A DNA stretch of 64,000 nt. Origin: a virus (taxonomy: Duplodnaviria > Caudoviricetes). Positions 48,442 through 58,308 of this stretch are shown here, in pieces (within the stretch, counting starts at the first letter, position 1; the number at the start of each line of letters is the position of its first letter). Under the pieces are notes generated by a model, which had not been told where the DNA came from, ran no database searches, and was given only the letters and a program-made list of their open reading frames with translations. A program made the position numbers and the translations under genes. Location of the stretch: IMG/VR virus record IMGVR_UViG_3300048598_000287, positions 32,001-96,000 of that record; one strand, written 5' to 3'.

Positions 48442-48924
48442 TCATATTTGTAGCATTTTATGAACGATATTGCAATCAGCGGCACATACAATATGGACAT
48501 GCTTGGAGTCAAATCCATACTTTGCTTCGGCGAAAAGGCAAAGCCGTCGAAGTACAGCATCAACGTCCATACCAGTTCTATGAATGAGGGCATCACATGC
48601 TAATCCAGATATGGTAAAATGCCTAGAGTCCCCATATTCCTGAATGTCGAACAGCAATTTACCGCTGATGGTACACAGCAACATACGAGACGAGTTATTA
48701 TCTATACTCGATCCAACAGGGTCAATATACTTCTTTTCAACGCAATTATTAAATAGATTCCTTAGCACATAATCAAAATCTTCATATGTAACTGTATCAA
48801 CATCAACGGCGGTTACTCGATTCTTTTCAAGGTCATCATCAGAAAAAGATGCCGACAGCGCATAGGCTTCTGGATGTATGGACTTATACATCAATATCGC
48901 TTCATCTTTGGTAAATTCAATCAT
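48442..48924 (-). CDS. Divergent MAELT-family homolog without an array
   Basis: MIEFTKDEA, F.DDDLEK, VTYEDFD, LLFDIQ, HF and YGF align with the family. Confidence 0.65.
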   Translation of the reverse strand: MIEFTKDEAILMYKSIHPEAYALSASFSDDDLEKNRVTAVDVDTVTYEDFDYVLRNLFNNCVEKKYIDPVGSSIDNNSSRMLLCTISGKLLFDIQEYGDSRHFTISGLACDALIHRTGMDVDAVLRRLCLFAEAKYGFDSKHVHIVCAADCNIVHKMLQI

Positions 48925-48970
48925 ATCTCTCTCCTATAATAATACCCAAATATAATATATTCTTTTGTTG

Positions 48971-49351
48971 TTACGAACCTATTTTTTCATTACATGATTC
49001 ATATTTTTGAATCGCGGCTTCGGCCATCTTAACTGTCAATGTTAAATGCTGCGGATAATCTCCACATACAACTGCCGACGATACATTACCACGATCTTTA
49101 TATATTGTTATAACGATGAATGACGGGCCCGGATCGCATCCGTTATTCCATCCAGATGAATCACTTTCAGATAGCATATCTTCGCTTACATCCACCGGGA
49201 TAAGTTCAATGTGAACATCGTCATTGAAACGTTCCGATTCCAAAGATTCTGCTATAGACCGAAGTTTGTTCATTGTTCCACATGATTCATTATCAGTAGA
49301 AAATTCATCGCCTCGAAAAGCGCATCGGATCTGACCTTCGTATATTCCCAC
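48971..49351 (-). CDS. Hypothetical protein
   Basis: 126-aa ORF. Confidence 0.5.
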   Translation of the reverse strand: MGIYEGQIRCAFRGDEFSTDNESCGTMNKLRSIAESLESERFNDDVHIELIPVDVSEDMLSESDSSGWNNGCDPGPSFIVITIYKDRGNVSSAVVCGDYPQHLTLTVKMAEAAIQKYESCNEKIGS

Positions 49352-49467
49352 ATTGGACGTGGTAGCATTTACCTCATTTTTTTATCTTTGCATGATGCAC
49401 AATCGGCATCATAAATGTGTTGCTCTTTAACAATTATCATAATTATTTCCTTTTTCAAATATGTTAA

Positions 49468-49881
49468 TCATATTGTTCCTATTATATTCATTTCCGAAGG
49501 TCCGATTTGCTCATATATGGTACCTGATATGAAATCATATATGTACGATGGCTTCCCGGAATCAGCCGCCTTGGTAAGATCATCTTTCGTTCCATGGCTT
49601 TTCATGTCCCATAGAGCTATAATGATATCGGAATCTCTGATGATGTATCCATTACGAATGAAACCTGCCCGGCGTCCATATCTCTTCCAATCCGCTGGAT
49701 ACACTAGCTTAGGAATTCCATTGGCGTCGGCATATTCTTCCCCGATACGGTCTGCTCCGGCTGCTCCTCCAGATACCATAAGGCTCATAGATATGCCACG
49801 CTTATGAAGAATCCACGCTATTGCGCAGAATCCCTTTGCACGGTCATCAAACGACCGAGATCCTACGATGCCTATCTTCAT
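49468..49881 (-). CDS. SLOG/DUF2493 (YspA-like) protein
   Basis: IVGSRSF, VSGGAAGAD, YGRRAGFIRN, WDMKSHGT. Confidence 0.85.
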   Translation of the reverse strand: MKIGIVGSRSFDDRAKGFCAIAWILHKRGISMSLMVSGGAAGADRIGEEYADANGIPKLVYPADWKRYGRRAGFIRNGYIIRDSDIIIALWDMKSHGTKDDLTKAADSGKPSYIYDFISGTIYEQIGPSEMNIIGTI

Positions 49882-49968
49882 GGCTTTACCTGCATCGGGT
49901 AATGCTCTGCCATTTTTTGCTTCTTCAGAGTTCACTTCAACCATAGCAGCATCCTATTATTAGATATA

Positions 49969-50313
49969 TCAATATCCTTTACATTTCTTCGGTATATAAG
50001 AACTAATGGATTTGAATGTATATTGAAAATTATGGGCGACGTCATCAGCATAAGCTATGCATGCGGCCACATTTTTTGGCGATCTTTCTTTGAGTATGTT
50101 AGCATTTAATGTATTATATCTAACAAGGGTGGTTTCTAACGTGGCATATCTAACGCAATATGCATCATATATAGAGCAACCAATAAAAAGGAGGATTAGC
50201 ATTATCACACTGTCGATTATGCACGTTCCCTCACATATGCCAAATATTATGAGTAGCAGAACAGCGGATGAACCCAGAATGGTAACGATAAGCAATAATA
50301 TATTAATGGACAT
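49969..50313 (-). CDS. Membrane protein
   Basis: Two N-terminal hydrophobic helices; AGGAGG RBS. Confidence 0.65.
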   Translation of the reverse strand: MSINILLLIVTILGSSAVLLLIIFGICEGTCIIDSVIMLILLFIGCSIYDAYCVRYATLETTLVRYNTLNANILKERSPKNVAACIAYADDVAHNFQYTFKSISSYIPKKCKGY

Positions 50314-50635
50314 ATGCTGCCTCCTTTTTATGCAACTGATTTATTTTCTTTTTCTCTAATTTTTGCAGTTTCTCATACTTTCTCAACTGCACTACACTCT
50401 CAGAGAAATCTCGGAACAGCTCGGCATTTTTGATGAGATTTGTATACGTGACTTTAGGCAATTTGGCCTTACTCTCAATAAGTACCTTCGACAAATGAGT
50501 TATGCAAGAGCTTCTTATATCGATGATGCGCTGCGATTTACTAATAGAATCCCGCAGATTCTCCAATATAGAAGGGGGTTTCTTTAACGATGATACGCAA
50601 ATCTTTCTTGCTTCTTCAATCGTCAATTCAGCCAT
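50303..50635 (-). CDS. Partial MAELT leader fused to an unrelated basic helical domain
   Basis: MAELTIEEARKI followed by non-family sequence. Confidence 0.6.
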   Translation of the reverse strand: MAELTIEEARKICVSSLKKPPSILENLRDSISKSQRIIDIRSSCITHLSKVLIESKAKLPKVTYTNLIKNAELFRDFSESVVQLRKYEKLQKLEKKKINQLHKKEAAYVH

Positions 50636-50657
50636 GTCTGGCCTCCTTATATTATTT

Positions 50658-50913
50658 AATAATTCAATCATATTATTCATACCGTTATAGCGGTAACATC
50701 ATCCAATCCTAACGTGGTGTTCACCGAGCAGTCGACCAGCTCCACGCTGCAACATCATCCACTCCGAATCTAATCGTTGCCCCAGTTTAGAATAGTACTA
50801 CGACATCCGTTTGGTGTAACATCATTCAATCCGAACTGGATATTCATCATCGGGAAATCCGGCTTAAGTCCGGAGTTTGGTGTAACATCATTCAATCCGA
50901 ACTGGATATTCAT
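50658..50913 (-). repeat. CRISPR-like mini-array J
   Basis: Repeats 50879-50913, 50813-50847, 50746-50780 and 50690-50724 plus a degenerate terminal block; spacers 31, 32 and 21 nt. Confidence 0.85.
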
Positions 50914-51279
50914 CTGATTTTTCATAAGTCGTTTAATATCCTCATCTTCCAATGAATCCGTATCCTTGAAAATCTTCCATACACGGTAATAACTTACCCA
51001 GAAACGCTTATTTTTTCCGGTGAACTGAAGGTCAAACAGCCATTCATTATTTGAATTTCGAAGTTCGATTCTGTTAGTGGGAAGCCGGCTTTCATTCCCC
51101 TTTTCATCAAGGAACCTCTTCTTGGTGCATTGCCCAAGTAGTTCCAGGAACGTCTTGTCGAATTCTTCCTGAGTAACACCTTCTAGTTCACTTTTAGAGA
51201 ACTTGGTAAGCATCAAAGCTTTAAGGGCATCCGATTTTTTATAGATCGTTCTTGCTTCTTCAACAGTCAGCTCTGCCAT
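50770..51279 (-). CDS. Array-associated MAELT-family protein
   Basis: Reads through two repeats (MNIQFGLNDVTPN x2). Confidence 0.85.
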   Translation of the reverse strand: MAELTVEEARTIYKKSDALKALMLTKFSKSELEGVTQEEFDKTFLELLGQCTKKRFLDEKGNESRLPTNRIELRNSNNEWLFDLQFTGKNKRFWVSYYRVWKIFKDTDSLEDEDIKRLMKNQMNIQFGLNDVTPNSGLKPDFPMMNIQFGLNDVTPNGCRSTILNWGND

Positions 51280-51307
51280 GTTAGGCCTCCTTAATGATAC
51301 ACTGATA

Positions 51308-51336
51308 AATATACAAATTTCATTGGCTATTGGCAA
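51308..51336 (-). promoter_or_regulatory. Sigma70-type promoter
   Basis: TTGCCA-17 nt-TATATT. Confidence 0.7.
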
Positions 51337-51339
51337 CTA

Positions 51340-51579
51340 CTAGTACATCCGCCACTCTGGCCAGCCGGAATACTTATCATACATCCGGTTTCCATCGGCA
51401 TCGTACCAAAACTCATCACCATCGGAATCTTTCGCGTGACTCAGGTTATCACCATCCGGTTCAATTGATTCATTTGGAAACGTGGTGCACATCATGAATT
51501 TCATCTCCGTCGATATTTTGTAGAGTTTTCTTGCTTCTCCAATGTATTCATTTGATATTAATCTCATCAGCATAATCAA
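51340..51579 (-). CDS. Degenerate MAELT leader plus one WYD repeat
   Basis: IGEARKLYKISTEMKFMM...KDSDGDEFWYDADGN. Confidence 0.55.
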   Translation of the reverse strand: MIMLMRLISNEYIGEARKLYKISTEMKFMMCTTFPNESIEPDGDNLSHAKDSDGDEFWYDADGNRMYDKYSGWPEWRMY

Positions 51580-52286
51580 TCCATCATCTCAGGCCGGTCC
51601 GCGTACAGCGCCACAGTAGCTCCGGCTGGAGATTTATCCGTGATGTACATACCGCCTATATTCTTTATGTTATATTCCATCGCCGCAGAATCATATGACT
51701 TCGACATATAGTCAACCGTTGTTCCGTCGCCCATATGGAGCCTGTACGATTCGGCCGCCCGGTCATCAGAGAACGGTTCGCATATCTTTTCGAATTCATC
51801 ATCAGTTATGATGCGGTACTGCATACGCAGGATGTCATTTGCTGAAAGAACGACATAAGTTTCCAGTCCGGTATATGTATGCACCGAAAGGCTCACATTC
51901 GGCATCCCAGACGACGGGTTCCGGTAGTATCCTCCGCCGATGATCCTGAAATACGATCGCGCATACGCAACCACAGGGATACTAGTGATTAAGTTGCCAT
52001 CATACGGATACGACGCATGTGCATCCACAGAATACGCGCTTTCAGGGCAGCGTATCCGTTGATATGAACCATCGCCACATCCAGACGTGGAATCCGATGT
52101 ATACGCGATGACCACGGGATTTATATATGATACACACTTACCGGACAGGTACATACCAACGAAATGCCGTACGAATCTGTCACGTCCGCGAATTACCCCG
52201 TTATTTAAATCGGAATACCTCATCAGCTTCGCGAAGAACCGGTCCGCGCGGGCCTTCCCAACAAGCATATATCTACAATGTATCAT
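51576..52286 (-). CDS. Hypothetical protein
   Basis: 236 aa, GGAGG RBS. Confidence 0.65.
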   Translation of the reverse strand: MIHCRYMLVGKARADRFFAKLMRYSDLNNGVIRGRDRFVRHFVGMYLSGKCVSYINPVVIAYTSDSTSGCGDGSYQRIRCPESAYSVDAHASYPYDGNLITSIPVVAYARSYFRIIGGGYYRNPSSGMPNVSLSVHTYTGLETYVVLSANDILRMQYRIITDDEFEKICEPFSDDRAAESYRLHMGDGTTVDYMSKSYDSAAMEYNIKNIGGMYITDKSPAGATVALYADRPEMMD

Positions 52287-52377
52287 ATGGTTACCTCCAA
52301 ATGTTGGCTATATGCTAAAGAGTCATCGGCCCCGTTAGAATATTTTTTGCGAATCATATTTCCATTGACATCATACA

Positions 52378-53181
52378 TTAATACCACCATTCATGTCCAT
52401 CTGACCTTTTATTATGAATAATGTTCCCATTGGCATCGTACCAATATTCATATCCATCGGAATCCTTCTCATGGATCAGTTTTCCATTGGCATCGTACTT
52501 ACATTCTCGGCCAAAGGCATCTTTCGTACTACGAAGTGTGCCCTTATCGTCGTACCACGATTCGTATCCGTCGGAAGACTTCTCATGGATCTTATTCCCA
52601 TTGGTATCGTACCAATATTCGGCCCCGTTAGAATATTTTTTGCGAATCACTTTTCCATTGACATCATACCAGCATATTGTTCCAGTGGAAGCATTCTTAT
52701 GACTCATGCCTCCATTGGCATCGTACCAATCTTCATATCCATCGGAATCCTTCTCATGGATCAGTTTCCTATTGGTATCAAAGTCATGCCATTTTTCGTA
52801 TCCACTAGCTGCCTTTTCATGAATCATGTTACCTTTGCCATCATACCATTCTTCACGTCCATCGGGATGTTTGCAGTGAAGCCATCTTCCCGTAGGCGTA
52901 TACCACGATTCGTATCCGTCAGAAAATTTCACATGATTTGTGTTACCATCGGCATCTGGCCAGAATTCGTATCCATTGGACAATTTCCTATGCATAAGAT
53001 GTGCAGTCCCAGTGTCATCATATTCATACCACGATTCTGATCCGTCAGAAAATTTCATATGAGTCAGATTTCCATTGACACCGTCAAGTGCTTCCTTAGT
53101 GAACTTAGTGAGCATCAGGGATTTCATCTCATCCGATTTTTTATAGATCTTTCTTGCTTCTTCAATAGTCAACTCTGCCAT
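52378..53181 (-). CDS. MAELT leader fused to WYD repeats
   Basis: Leader plus about 10 repeats; 3' end identical to that of 20488-21081. Confidence 0.85.
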   Translation of the reverse strand: MAELTIEEARKIYKKSDEMKSLMLTKFTKEALDGVNGNLTHMKFSDGSESWYEYDDTGTAHLMHRKLSNGYEFWPDADGNTNHVKFSDGYESWYTPTGRWLHCKHPDGREEWYDGKGNMIHEKAASGYEKWHDFDTNRKLIHEKDSDGYEDWYDANGGMSHKNASTGTICWYDVNGKVIRKKYSNGAEYWYDTNGNKIHEKSSDGYESWYDDKGTLRSTKDAFGRECKYDANGKLIHEKDSDGYEYWYDANGNIIHNKRSDGHEWWY

Positions 53182-53198
53182 GTCAGGCCTCCATTAAT

Positions 53199-53726
53199 TC
53201 AGAAATTCCGCTTATAGAAAAAATCATTATATGATGCAATCGCCTTGCACCGTGCTAGGTTCTTTGGAGTAGTTCCGCCGAGCTTGAACTCCGGTATGAC
53301 ATACCGGTAATCCGGAACGAAATTATCCGGCATGATTTGCATTCCGCGATGCGTTCCTTGGCCAACAAGCATGTTTACTCCTATCCATACGGATTTCTGT
53401 TTACCCGGAAATGAAATATATCGTTCGGTATTGAATTGCGATGTATCTCCATCACCATAGCAATCTCGTGTTAATCCGTTGCTAATAAGCCAGGACCATA
53501 CCTTGTAATAATCCTTTTCATTTATTCCATACGTATTTCCAAAACATAATATACGTTCATTATCCGTGCCTCCTTCGCTAACCACGAATGAAAGCACTCT
53601 ATGGACAAGTTTTCCGGAAACTTTATGTATCCGGTTCATATCGTCCAGCTGCCGGAAAAGCTTCCTTACCTTCGCAGGATCAGCGAAAAACCGATCTATG
53701 TCAGCCTGAAAAGAATCCGGCGTCAT
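53199..53726 (-). CDS. Hypothetical protein
   Basis: 175 aa, coupled. Confidence 0.65.
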   Translation of the reverse strand: MTPDSFQADIDRFFADPAKVRKLFRQLDDMNRIHKVSGKLVHRVLSFVVSEGGTDNERILCFGNTYGINEKDYYKVWSWLISNGLTRDCYGDGDTSQFNTERYISFPGKQKSVWIGVNMLVGQGTHRGMQIMPDNFVPDYRYVIPEFKLGGTTPKNLARCKAIASYNDFFYKRNF

Positions 53727-53962
53727 TTCGCATCCTTGTATGGTGGCTCATCTACTATGGTGAGAATACATGCCGGAGCTGAAGCGTACGTATATGGATA
53801 AGGATAACCAATATCTACAATATAGGTCAGTCCAATACCAGGGATAGCATTGTTAGAGATACCTTTAATCCTACCAGTGAATGTTTTGCCATCTATTACA
53901 TATTTAACGAGGGTATTTTCTTTTAGACATTCGATGTCAGTGGTGGTTGTTTCCGCGTTCAT
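53723..53962 (-). CDS. Hypothetical protein
   Basis: AAGGAG RBS; TTGCAA-17-TATATT promoter at 54003-54031. Confidence 0.65.
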   Translation of the reverse strand: MNAETTTTDIECLKENTLVKYVIDGKTFTGRIKGISNNAIPGIGLTYIVDIGYPYPYTYASAPACILTIVDEPPYKDAK

Positions 53963-54040
53963 TGTTACTCCTTTGTATTAGTCGTCCATTTCATATAGAA
54001 TGAATATAGCAATTATCCAGCCATATTGCAAGGTATTATT

Positions 54041-54070
54041 AAAAACCCGCGGAATTAATTCCGCGGATTA
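54041..54070 (-). terminator. Intrinsic terminator
   Basis: CCGCGGAATTAATTCCGCGG palindrome followed by a T run on the minus strand. Confidence 0.7.
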
Positions 54071-54091
54071 ACTATTGTAAGCAGGCAAAAA

Positions 54092-55402
54092 TCAGTCGTC
54101 GTCGGTTCCTTCCGGGAAATTCTCCATCGATGCAGATAGCCTATTCACCAGATCCTTACTTAGGGTCGCTTCGCGGGTCTTTACTTTTCCAAGATCGGAC
54201 TTAGCCTTTATAGCGGCAGCGGTAGGCTTCAGTTTTCCATCGTTCTTCTTTCCGCTGGTGTTCTTGGATGTTCCTATATCTGCCATTGATTTTTCTATGT
54301 GCTTCTTTTCTGCGTTCCATCCGGATACGTCTTCTCTTGAATGATGCTTAGTGCGGAAAGCGGACATGGAAGATGCAGTGGCGTCCAATTCTCCCTGTAT
54401 GATATGAAAGGCAAAGATGGCGGATATAGCCTTTTCCGCTATATCATCCTGGGAAATACCTAGCATTTCATATCCGCCATCCTGACGTGAATTCTGCCCG
54501 TGCCGTTTCTTATAATCAAGAAACGATACCAGATTCTTGGTTCCGGTTACAATGTCTTCTTCAGGAAGATCTATTCCGGTGACCTCAACGTCGAACCGAA
54601 GCTTTCCATCTTCAGATGGCTTCCCTGAAGGGATTATCTCCATTATCAATTTAGATGTAGATGATTCGGTCACATCTATAGCGGGATATCCACCATTTTC
54701 TTTATCCCCAGGAACATACTTGACCAGATACGAGAGCATTTTTGATTTAAGATTTTCATTTATCACGGTTTCCATGTATTCACTGAGCGACTGCATGAAA
54801 ACCCCTGCCTCATCGCCAGACGATATGCGCTTATATGTATCTATATCTTTATAATGCTGCTCGGCAAGGTTTGACTGCCCGGATATCTTATCGTCAAGGA
54901 TGCCGATAATTTCCTTTATGGGAAGCCGGATAGCATCCATAACTGGTATGATGTACTTAGTTCCGTTGTTATATTTGCTTGCGCATATCTTAATCTTAAG
55001 CTTCTTTTTTAGCTCATTTAGTGCGTCTATGTTATTTTCCGGAAGTTTTAGCGTTGAAACTATGGCTTTCCGTTTATCCTGGGATGAATCTCTAGGAGAG
55101 AACTTATCGGAATAATATTTTTCGGCAAGTGCCCATACCTCGTTCTCCATGGGGTCATCAGCAAGCTTCTCCAGATCGGATTTCATCTTTTTGGCGACGG
55201 TTCCTATGTCAGTGAACTTCTCGTTATATGACTTTTCGATAGTCTCCTCGCTTAGGGTTTCCGGATCAATTCCATACCGGGTGGTAAGATCAGTCAGGGA
55301 AGTGTCAGGATGACTTTTCTTATACTGTTCATGATATTTTCCGAATTCATTGTTGAAATCGGAATCGTTACGCGGGGTTTTTATGAGAGAATTAAAGTCC
55401 AT
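54092..55402 (-). CDS. Hypothetical protein (putative late gene)
   Basis: 436 aa; TATAAACTA upstream. Confidence 0.75.
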   Translation of the reverse strand: MDFNSLIKTPRNDSDFNNEFGKYHEQYKKSHPDTSLTDLTTRYGIDPETLSEETIEKSYNEKFTDIGTVAKKMKSDLEKLADDPMENEVWALAEKYYSDKFSPRDSSQDKRKAIVSTLKLPENNIDALNELKKKLKIKICASKYNNGTKYIIPVMDAIRLPIKEIIGILDDKISGQSNLAEQHYKDIDTYKRISSGDEAGVFMQSLSEYMETVINENLKSKMLSYLVKYVPGDKENGGYPAIDVTESSTSKLIMEIIPSGKPSEDGKLRFDVEVTGIDLPEEDIVTGTKNLVSFLDYKKRHGQNSRQDGGYEMLGISQDDIAEKAISAIFAFHIIQGELDATASSMSAFRTKHHSREDVSGWNAEKKHIEKSMADIGTSKNTSGKKNDGKLKPTAAAIKAKSDLGKVKTREATLSKDLVNRLSASMENFPEGTDDD

Positions 55403-55431
55403 GTCCGTTACCTTATTATTTCGTTAATAGT

Positions 55432-56262
55432 TTATAATGCCGGAGATCCGGCGTCCGGTGATTCATCGTTTCCATACTGATATTTTCCGGGTTTCGTTGG
55501 ATCCAGCGTATTAATGTCATACAATTTTTCCCATTCCTTGCTGTCATTCGGATGTCCGCCGTCTGAATATAGTTTTTCCATTATGTTCCCCGGGAGGGTC
55601 TCATAACCGGCATTGACAAGATTCTGATTATTGACGGCCTTTATTGCCCGTATGGCTTCCTCGCTGAATCCATACTTTACCGCGTCACAGCAGCATAGCC
55701 AATATGTCTCCATCTCATTAGCCTTCTTATAGTTCCGCTTTGCGGTCATGTCATTTCCCGTTGACATCGTCCTTGACATTATTCCCCTGGCAGTGTCCTG
55801 ATCGATGAATTTCAGCAGCATCTTTGAATTCGGCTGCAAATATTTTCCATGATTCACGAACCGGTGCACCGCATGGTTTGTCTCATGCAGAAGGATTACC
55901 GCATTATACAGCCCAAGTTTAAGCAAAATTGTCTTTTTAAGCGGATCCGATGAATCTTTCTGCCGGTGATATGTCATGGACTCTTCTGATTTAGGGGTGC
56001 TTATTATAGGCTTTCCCTGCATGGACGTCATTGTTCCTATTCCATGAGTTCCACCTACGCCCCGGCCAAGATTTTCATCGTTGAGCACCAGTTCAGCAAC
56101 GGCGAACACATTGTCCCCGCTGGCGGAATCATTGATCCGCACAAGATTATCAAAAATAGCCTTGCCCACTTTTCCGCCGTTGTCAGGGGTAACTATGTCA
56201 ATTTTATAGAAAAGGCTTCCTGGTATGCTTTTAGTTCCAGTAAATCTCTGCCACTCGTCCAT
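55432..56262 (-). CDS. Putative HExxH zinc metallopeptidase-like protein
   Basis: LLHETNHAVH with downstream NEMETY. Confidence 0.55.
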   Translation of the reverse strand: MDEWQRFTGTKSIPGSLFYKIDIVTPDNGGKVGKAIFDNLVRINDSASGDNVFAVAELVLNDENLGRGVGGTHGIGTMTSMQGKPIISTPKSEESMTYHRQKDSSDPLKKTILLKLGLYNAVILLHETNHAVHRFVNHGKYLQPNSKMLLKFIDQDTARGIMSRTMSTGNDMTAKRNYKKANEMETYWLCCCDAVKYGFSEEAIRAIKAVNNQNLVNAGYETLPGNIMEKLYSDGGHPNDSKEWEKLYDINTLDPTKPGKYQYGNDESPDAGSPAL

Positions 56263-56517
56263 AACGGTTCCATCAGGTATATGCAGAAATAGTTTATATA
56301 TCAAAAAACGCGCCCCCGCGGAGGCTGAATGTTTTCCAGCACGCGGAAGTGTGGGGGGTATATTAAATATAATAAATCAATCATTAACCGTCAAGCGGTT
56401 ATTGCAAATAATATCATCCGTTAGGAAGAGTTGTTAATATTTCATATATGGCTTGCCAATATGATTTTAATTAATTATATTATATCTATAATTCATCCGT
56501 AATTAAAAGGAACAAAA

Positions 56518-57207
56518 ATGGTATATCTATTCGACAAAGTCGCCAAGGTTTATGCACATTGCACTATAGGGGCAAAGCCAAGCGTAGTCGCGAGCATTAA
56601 AGATGCCGCAACGTATAAATCCGAAAGAACAGCTCGCAATGATGCCACGACATTCGGGCGGACGCTTGCCAAATATAAATTTGACACGTTTTATCTCACC
56701 GATTCCGGAAAATATAAGGAGGGATCCACAGGTATAGAATATGATTCTCCCGAAGATAGCGTAGCTGCGGAACCGCAGGCTAGAATTAATGAACATTCAT
56801 CGGATACGCAGGAAATGAAAACCATTGACTCTCAGGCCAATATCAACTGTAAGTGTTCCAGGGAAGAGTTAGAAAAATCATTGGATAATCTCGGACATAT
56901 ACTTACTGAGATGCATGCCGAAGAAAATATCCTTAAGGAAGAACTGGGAAAAGTAGACCGGAAAATATCGGATGTCATGCATTATATTGAGCTGAATGCT
57001 TTCAATGCATCCAAAGGATATCAATTATGCAAGAAGCTAAAGGATCTTAGGATTGAACGGAGAGGCATAAAGGACCGTATGGCATGGAACTTCATCATCA
57101 AACAGATGAATTATACGTCAGTGATCACAGGAAGCACAGTCAATTCCCTTAAAGGCCTTGATACCAGGAAATACACCCCTAGAGAAGATGACTATGAAAA
57201 TGAATGA
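56518..57207 (+). CDS. Coiled-coil hypothetical protein
   Basis: DVMHYIE...NASKGY...RRGIKD; TTGCCA-17-TATATT promoter upstream. Confidence 0.7.
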   Translation: MVYLFDKVAKVYAHCTIGAKPSVVASIKDAATYKSERTARNDATTFGRTLAKYKFDTFYLTDSGKYKEGSTGIEYDSPEDSVAAEPQARINEHSSDTQEMKTIDSQANINCKCSREELEKSLDNLGHILTEMHAEENILKEELGKVDRKISDVMHYIELNAFNASKGYQLCKKLKDLRIERRGIKDRMAWNFIIKQMNYTSVITGSTVNSLKGLDTRKYTPREDDYENE

Positions 57208-57234
57208 AAAAGGCCGGATCATCCGGCCTTTTTT
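57207..57234. terminator. Bidirectional terminator
   Basis: AAAAAGGCCGGATCATCCGGCCTTTTTT. Confidence 0.8.
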
Positions 57235-57800
57235 GCATGGCTTTTAATATATAATTCCCGGGTTTCTTTAATGTATTTATCCGCGGAATCGTTAACCGTT
57301 TTTTTCCGTATTGCTATCTGTCTGCTCCAGTATCGCATCGACATGAGCCGCATGAAGTCTACCCGCATCTTGTCCGTTATCTTGCGCACATTCTTGCGTG
57401 CTTCAGCGATCTTATAGATATATGGCTTCATCATATGGTGCATCGGAGAAACAATTACCAACCCGGCTCCTTCAGGAAGATTCTGCACTGCCCATTCTCC
57501 GATAAATTCAGGAACGGCATAATATAGATATTTTACATATCCGCTCTCGTGATGATGCCGTTTTTTGAAATCCGCCTTGAAATCGGATTTGGAAATCTTG
57601 ATCTCAATCTCGGTCACATATCCGGAGTCAGAAAGGACAAGCATGTCAGCTTCATGTCCGACAAGATCTTTAGTCCGGTTAACCACGAGATGCTGCGTGA
57701 AGGAGAACGGACTGGAGTTTCTGGAAACCAGCGCGTTCTCCATGTCCACCGTAGTCACCGGAAACTTTAACGGGTTCATTTCGGTAGATGCACTATTCAT
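57219..57800 (-). CDS. PD-(D/E)xK nuclease-like protein (MmcB-like)
   Basis: EADML...EIEIKISKSDFKAD. Confidence 0.7.
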   Translation of the reverse strand: MNSASTEMNPLKFPVTTVDMENALVSRNSSPFSFTQHLVVNRTKDLVGHEADMLVLSDSGYVTEIEIKISKSDFKADFKKRHHHESGYVKYLYYAVPEFIGEWAVQNLPEGAGLVIVSPMHHMMKPYIYKIAEARKNVRKITDKMRVDFMRLMSMRYWSRQIAIRKKTVNDSADKYIKETRELYIKSHAKKAG

Positions 57801-58294
57801 TATAGGGAAAGCTTGTGGATATTGTCATTGATACTAATGATACTTGTATGGATGCTATCCAGTGCTTTGGTCAGTTTGGCATTTCTATCCATAAGTATAT
57901 TCAATTCGCCATAGCCAAACTCAGCCTCGGCATTGCACAATTTCTTAATAATTGCCCGATTTGGGGTTCCATTTTTGTTCAATGTCGCATATTTATTAAC
58001 AGCAAGCTTGCAAGCGTTCGCAATATCGGGAAATATTTCTAATGTTCCATCTGAATCGATTAAGCCAATTTCCGCATCGATACCGTATGCATTTATGCAT
58101 ACTGTGTAATAACTTACAGAAGGCTCTGCCGTGTTGCATCCATGCTCGTAAGCATCCTCCGAAAATACGGGATTCCTGTATATATTGTATACTTCTCCAA
58201 GCAGTTCCACCGATTTTTCCACAGGACGCATTGAATACATCCTATTGACTTCCTTTCCCCATGCCTTTCCGTTCTTCATCTTCTTGTTATACAT
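57800..58294 (-). CDS. Hypothetical protein, tandem paralog
   Basis: Highly similar to 58309-58803. Confidence 0.7.
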   Translation of the reverse strand: MYNKKMKNGKAWGKEVNRMYSMRPVEKSVELLGEVYNIYRNPVFSEDAYEHGCNTAEPSVSYYTVCINAYGIDAEIGLIDSDGTLEIFPDIANACKLAVNKYATLNKNGTPNRAIIKKLCNAEAEFGYGELNILMDRNAKLTKALDSIHTSIISINDNIHKLSL

Positions 58295-58308
58295 GGCGAC
58301 CTTCTTTA

